A stretch of 31,605 bases of DNA. It comes from Eledone cirrhosa. Lineage: Eukaryota. How positions within the stretch are numbered: position 1 is the stretch's first letter; the number at the start of each line of letters is the position of its first letter. Below the pieces are notes generated by a model that did no database searches, was not told the DNA's origin, and saw only the letters and a program-made list of their open reading frames with translations. This document shows positions 25,897 to 31,605 of the stretch, piece after piece. The position numbers and the translations under genes are program-made. The DNA is taken from positions 1 to 31,605 of the forward strand of contig CAXHJY010000296.1 of the NCBI GenBank assembly GCA_964016885.1. The letters run 5' to 3'.

Positions 25897-26175
25897 TATG
25901 TATGTATGTATGGATGGATGTTTGTATGTTTGTATGTATGTATGTTCTTCTGGTTTCATAATTATATACATTTTTACCAATAGAGAGAGTTTTTAACATA
26001 AATACAAGACTCTCATTGGAATTTAAACATCATATGTATGTATGTTATGTATGTTATGTATGTTATGTATGTTATGTATGTATGTATGTATGTATGTATG
26101 TATGTATGTATGTATGTATGAATGTCTGTGTGTATGTATGTGTGTAAGTATGTATATATGTATGTATATAACCCC

Positions 26176-26608
26176 TTTACCATCACTACGACTACGACCA
26201 CCACAACCACCACCACCACCACCATCACCACCACCACCACCACGACCACCACCACGACCACCACCACGACCATCGCCACGACGACGACGACCACCACCAC
26301 TACCACCACCACCACCATCACCATCACCATCACCATCACCATCACCATCATCACCACCACCACCACCACCACCACCACCACCACACCCACCACCACGAAC
26401 ACCACCACGACCACCGCCATCACCGCCACCACCACCACCGCCACCACCATCATCACCATCACAACCACCACCACCACCACCACCATCACCACCATCACAA
26501 CCACCACCATCACAACCACCACGACCACGACCACCATGACGACCATCCCCATCCCCAGCATCACGACCATGACGACCACCACCACAACCACCACCGCCAC
26601 CACCACAA
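26176..26608. repeat. Degenerate (ACC)n tract
   Basis: Visible in the sequence. Confidence 0.95.
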
Positions 26609-26879
26609 TCTTCTGGTATACAGAAATAGACAGTACAGTGAAGAGAGTGCAACAAAGCCAGACTGTCACATTACACACTATATGATTAACGACAACATGT
26701 CGGTATGTGCAGTTTGGTTCTTAACTGGGCGGAGATATCGTATATTTGGAAGCAGAGCTCTGTGGTCCGTCCATTATGATTCAGAAGACGATCTTAAGTG
26801 ATATGAGGTCTACTTGATCACAACTGAACTGGTCCTACATAACCTAACAATACTGCACACACGTATATTGCTGTCACTA

Positions 26880-27559
26880 TTACACTTATACTTACACCTA
26901 CACCTACACCTACATACACCTACACATACACACAAACACACACACAAATCTATCTACAGACACACACACCTACACACACACACATCTACCTACACATATT
27001 TACACACACACCTACACACACATCTACACCTCAGACACACACACCTACACACACACACATCTACCTACACACACCTACACACACATCTACCTAAACACAC
27101 CTACACACACATCTACCTACACATCTACCTACACATGTTTACACATACACCTACACACATACACCTACACATTTAAATACACACACACACCTACACACTA
27201 ACACAGCTACACACACACACACACCTACACACATACACCTATTCACACACCCACACACCCACACACACCTACACACACCTACACACACACACACACACAT
27301 ACATCTATTCACACACACACCTACACACATACACCTATTCACACACACACACACATCCACCTATTCACACACACACCTACACACGCACCTACACACACAC
27401 CTATACACACACACCTACACACATACACCTATTCACATACATCTATTCACACACAGAAACTTACACACACACTCACACATATATACATATCTGCTAACAC
27501 AGACACCACTGTTCTCACATTCATTTCAGTACCCTCCCATTATTCAACAACCACCACAT

Positions 27560-27594
<35 letters not shown>

Positions 27595-27600
27595 CACTGC
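26880..27600. repeat. (CA)n-derived minisatellite with cacaccta-like units
   Basis: Visible in the sequence. Confidence 0.9.
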
Positions 27601-27662
27601 TACACCTAAGTCATAAACTCACTACTGTACCTACACACACCTACCCTCCTCCAGTCACTACC

Positions 27663-27706
27663 TCAGCCATGTCACAGCCATGTCACAGCCATGTCACAGC
27701 CATGAC
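27663..27706. repeat. 11-bp tandem repeat (cagccatgtca) x4
   Basis: Visible in the sequence. Confidence 0.9.
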
Positions 27707-27804
27707 AATGATTATATCTCTATATCAACCGAGATATTAACTGTGATTACATCACTTCTATTTCGGAATTTTTGTTGTGAACACTGTCATGTGAGACGAT
27801 CAAA

Positions 27805-29035
27805 TGTTGGTGTTGGTGGTGTTGGTGGTAGTGGTGGTGGTGGTGGTCGTGGTAGTGGTGGTGTTGGTGGTGTTGGTGGTGTTGGTCGTGGTGGTGGTCG
27901 TGGTAGTGGTGGTGGTCGTGGTCGTGGTAGTGGTGGTGGTGGTGGTGGTCGTGGTAGTGGTGGTGGTGGTGGTGGTGGTGGTGGTGGTGGTGGTGTTGGT
28001 AGTGGTGGTGGTGTTGGTGGTGGTGGTGTTGTTGTTGTTGGTGATGCTGGTGGTGGTGGTGGTGGTGTTGGTAGTGGTGTTGGTGGTGTTGGTAGTGGCA
28101 GTGGTGGTGTTGGTAGTGGTGGTGGTGTTGATAGTGGTGGTGGTGTTGGTGGTAGTGGTGGTGGTGTTGGTGGTGTTGGTCGTGGTGGTGGTCGTGGTAG
28201 TGGTGGTGGTGGTGGTGGTGGTGTTGCAGTGTTGGTGGTGTTGGTAGTGGTGGTGGTGTTGTTGTTGTTGGTGATGCTGGTGGTGGTGGTGGTGGTGGTG
28301 TTGGTAGTGGTGGTGGTAGTGGTGTTGGTGGTGTTGGTAGTGGTAGTGGTGGTGTTGGTAGTGGTGGTGGTGTTGATAGTGGTGGTGGTGTTGGTGGCGT
28401 TGGTAGTGGTGGTGTTGGTAGTGGTGGTGGTGGTGGTGGTAGTGGTGGTGGTGGCGGTAGTGGTGGTGGTGGTGGTGGTAGTGTTGGTGTTGGTGGTGGT
28501 AGTGTTGGTGTTGGTGGTGTTGGTAATGGTGGTGGTGGTAATGGTGGTGTTGGTGGTGTTGGTAGTGGTAGTGTTGGTGTTGGTGGTGTTGGTAGTGGTA
28601 GTGTTGGTGTTGGTGGTGTTGGTAGTGGTAGTGTTGGTGTTGGTGGTGTTGGTAGTGGTAGTGTTGGTGTTGGTGGTGTTGTTGTTGGTGGTAGTGTTGT
28701 TGTTGGTGGTATTGGTGGTGGTTACGTTAGTAATGCTGGTGGTGTTTGTAGTGGTGGTGTTTGTAGCGGTGGTGTTTGTAGTGGTGGTGTTTGTAGCGGT
28801 GGTAGTGTTGGTGTTGGCGGTGTTGGTGTTGGTGTTGGTGTTGGTGTTGGTGTTGGTGTTGGTGGTGTTGGTGGTGGTGTTGGTGGTGGTGTTGGTGGTG
28901 GTGGTGTTGGTGGTAGTGTTGGTGGTGGTGGTGTTGGTGGTAGTGTTGGTGGTGGTGTTGGTTTTGGTGTTGATGGTGTTGATGATGGTAGCGTTGGTGG
29001 CCTTGGTGGCGGCGTCGGCAACAGTGATAGTGTAA
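27805..29035. repeat. 1.2-kb degenerate (GGT/GTT/AGT)n tract with higher-order units
   Basis: Visible in the sequence. A 30-bp unit ggtagtggtagtgttggtgttggtggtgtt occurs x4 at 28561-28680. Confidence 0.95.
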
Positions 29036-29709
29036 GTAGTTTTTGTAGTAGTGGTAGTGGTTCTGGTGTTCTTGTTGATATTGCTGGGGGTGGTGTTAGA
29101 AATTTCAGAAGTGGTGGTAATGGTGGTGGTGTTGGCAGGGCTGGTATTGGAACTAGTACTGGTGTGGAGGTGATGGCATTAGTTGTGTTGATAGTGGAGG
29201 TGGTTCTTATAGTTGTGAGGAAGTGGTAGTGCTGGTGGTGATGGTGATGATAGTAGTGATGATGACGATAATTCTGATAGTGATGGTTGTTGTGGTGGTA
29301 TTAGTCTTAGTGGTGATGGTGGTGCGGTATCATGGGTTGCAGCTGGTATGGGTGACGGTGAGAGTAGTAGTGGTCTAGTATTGGTGTTGGTAAGTTCTGT
29401 TTTATGTTTTTGAGTAGTAGTGGTAGAGGTGCTAGTAGGAGGCATGGATGTTAATGAGGTGGTGGTGGACATACAAGTGAGACACTTTCAATTTAGTTAA
29501 CCATATCATTATAATACATTGTTGTTGTAGGTGTTGGACCTCCGTCGGTTCCGACGAAGAGTGATCTAGTTGTTCGAACAATTGAACAGTCTGCCCATAA
29601 AATTAACATGCAAGTGGTTGAGTATTCCAGAAACATGTGCATCCTTAACGAGATCCAGCGTGACAGTATGTGACAACGCCGCCACTTTGAATTATGGGTA
29701 TAACTAATT

Positions 29710-29792
29710 GTCATGCTCGAGAATACGACGCACCGCTGGGAATCGAGCTGAACACCCCAACTATCAAACTGTACGTCTTAACATTTCAGCAC
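29710..29792 (-). mobile_element. Highly diverged SINE family B 5' part
   Basis: Reverse complement ctcgattcccagcggtgcgtcgtattctcgagca aligns to ttcgattcccggtggtgcgttgtatccttgagca at about 22639. Confidence 0.55.
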
Positions 29793-30359
29793 ATTTAATG
29801 AAGATCATGAAACAAGACGACATTAGATGATAATGCTTTTATCCTCTATAGAATTCCATAAAAACATTGGCAGAATAACTGTGAATAATATAGCAAAATA
29901 CAAACCAAAGACTAACACACAGAATCAGGTCCCCAGTAATAAACTAAGAAGAGTTATTATTATAGTCGAAGAAAGTAACTTGGCTTTGAGCTTAAATATT
30001 TAAATTCGATGACAATTTTATCAGTAAAGAAATTATTATTACGATCTTTGAATTGTAACAACGTGATAAAACAACAACAGCAAAAAACAACAACAGCAAC
30101 CCCCCCCCCCCCCAAAAAAAAACCCCCCTAAACAATGAAACAAAAAATAAAAGACAACGCTGTAGTCTCTATATTGTCACTTGACTTGTAAGAAATAGCA
30201 GCTAAATTTCCCTCAAATGATATCCCATCGTAGTGAAAAGAAAGGGCACAGTAGATAGTGTACCCTACACATTCCCTGAGAAGACAGGATAGTTGCGGCT
30301 GGAATGTAGTTGATCACAGGCTTGCGTAATCGAAGTTGATCTGCAACTAAACAATAATA

Positions 30360-30552
30360 ATCGTTTCTACATTAGGCACAAGGCCAGCAATTAAATCGAC
30401 CCCAGTGTGTTACTGGCGCTTTATTTATCGACCTCGTAAGGATGAAAGGCAAAGCTAACTTCGGCGGAATTTGAACTCAGAACGTAAAGGGCCGTAACTC
30501 TATGCTGCAAAGCATGGTGTCCGGCGCTCTACCGATACTGCCTATCCACCAC
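30360..30552 (-). mobile_element. tRNA-derived SINE, family A
   Basis: Full-length match, intermediate-length variant. Confidence 0.9.
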
Positions 30553-30749
30553 CCTAAACTAAACAACTATAATAACAACAGCAACAACAGAAAATGAAAC
30601 CGAGAATATCTAGAAACATTAACAGACGTAGGAATATTCTTGTTCTAAACCAGGAAGGTTATTGTTCCAAGTTAGGAAAGTTAGTTTCATACTGAACACA
30701 AAGGAGTATTCAAGAAATAAGGAAAAAAAGCTAATAAAATAAATTCAAC

Positions 30750-30815
30750 AGTGACTTCGAAGTTTCGTTAAAACTCAGTTTGATAAGTCTGCTTTGGCGA
30801 AACTTCGAAGTCACT
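30750..30815. repeat. Fold-back hairpin made of two inverted hammerhead 3' halves
   Basis: agtgacttcgaagtttcg (30750-30767) and cgaaacttcgaagtcact (30798-30815) flank an imperfect hairpin. Each arm reads GAAA-cttcgaag-TC. Confidence 0.7.
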
Positions 30816-31245
30816 CTCACCGTTTAAAAATATTTAATTCCACCTTCTTTGTTCAGTTAATGTTTACTGTTGTTAGGTAGTTGAAAAAACACACACCCAC
30901 ACTTACACATGCACATGCACACACATAATTATAGACACACTCATACAAGCATAGACACACACACTCACACATCATAGACACACACATGTATATCGTGTGT
31001 AAGGAACATGATTAACTAATTTATAAATAATTTTCCATAAGGTTTCTAACTACAAATGAACAAGAAGTTTGAGGTTGGTATTAGAATTGTTTATGTAATG
31101 TTCCAGCCATGACTATCCTGTTTTTTATTCTATCATAATGTATCTTATTCTACATAATCCAATACATTCTTATCTTTTTAAGATAGTAAGTTGTGACTGT
31201 AGGGAAGCTTTGGCTGCTATTAAAAAAATCCAGTAAATTTATATA

Positions 31246-31413
31246 ATTGTTTCTACTATTGGCACAACGCCAGCAATTATCCAAGTACATTACTGGTACT
31301 TTATTTTATCGATCCCGTAACCTCGGCGGGATTTGAACTCAGAATGGCAAGGGCCGTAACTCTATGCGTCAAAGCATGGCGTCCGACCCTCTACCGATAC
31401 TGCCAATTCACCG
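31246..31413 (-). mobile_element. tRNA-derived SINE, family A, with internal deletion
   Basis: Lacks ggatgaaaggcaaagttaa relative to the other copies. Confidence 0.9.
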
Positions 31414-31605
31414 TCCTCTTATTCACCAGTAAATTTATATAATGTCTCCCTCATTGGCTCATTTATAGCTTTGGCAGTGTTGACTTTTGTATTATTTTTG
31501 GCTGTTGTTTAACCCCAAATAATCTTTGTTTTTACATACCTATCTTCAAAGTTTGTCTAGGCATGGTAATTCAGTAGGTTATTCAGATGTAGTGTATCTG
31601 TGGTC

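Noticed and set aside
27680-29035. 451-aa Gly/Val-rich ORF, plus the Pro/Thr/Gly-rich ORFs at 26013-26685
   Set aside because: Translations of stop-poor trinucleotide repeats. They are open in several frames, switch composition abruptly and show no domain.

Overview
AT-rich, microsatellite-saturated eukaryotic non-coding DNA. The SINE families and repeat landscape suggest an octopus/coleoid cephalopod genome (inference). I found no host gene exon, and almost all short ORFs in the track are translated microsatellites. The window is a stack of mobile-element remains: Tc1/mariner and hAT-like transposase fragments, RTE, Tx1/L1 and R4/Dong-type LINE ends, about 11 copies of a tRNA-derived SINE and a second SINE family. 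Penelope-like elements (PLEs) are also present. The main element is a young 5'-truncated PLE (6852-9906, minus) with an open RT-thumb plus GIY-YIG frame, bracketed by ~620-bp near-identical inverted pseudo-LTRs that each carry a hammerhead ribozyme motif. In total there are about 7 complete or degenerate hammerhead motifs from several families. There are also 4-5 short fold-back palindromes made of hammerhead halves, apparently inverted at or near the ribozyme's own helix II. All motifs were folded by eye and none is computationally or experimentally validated.
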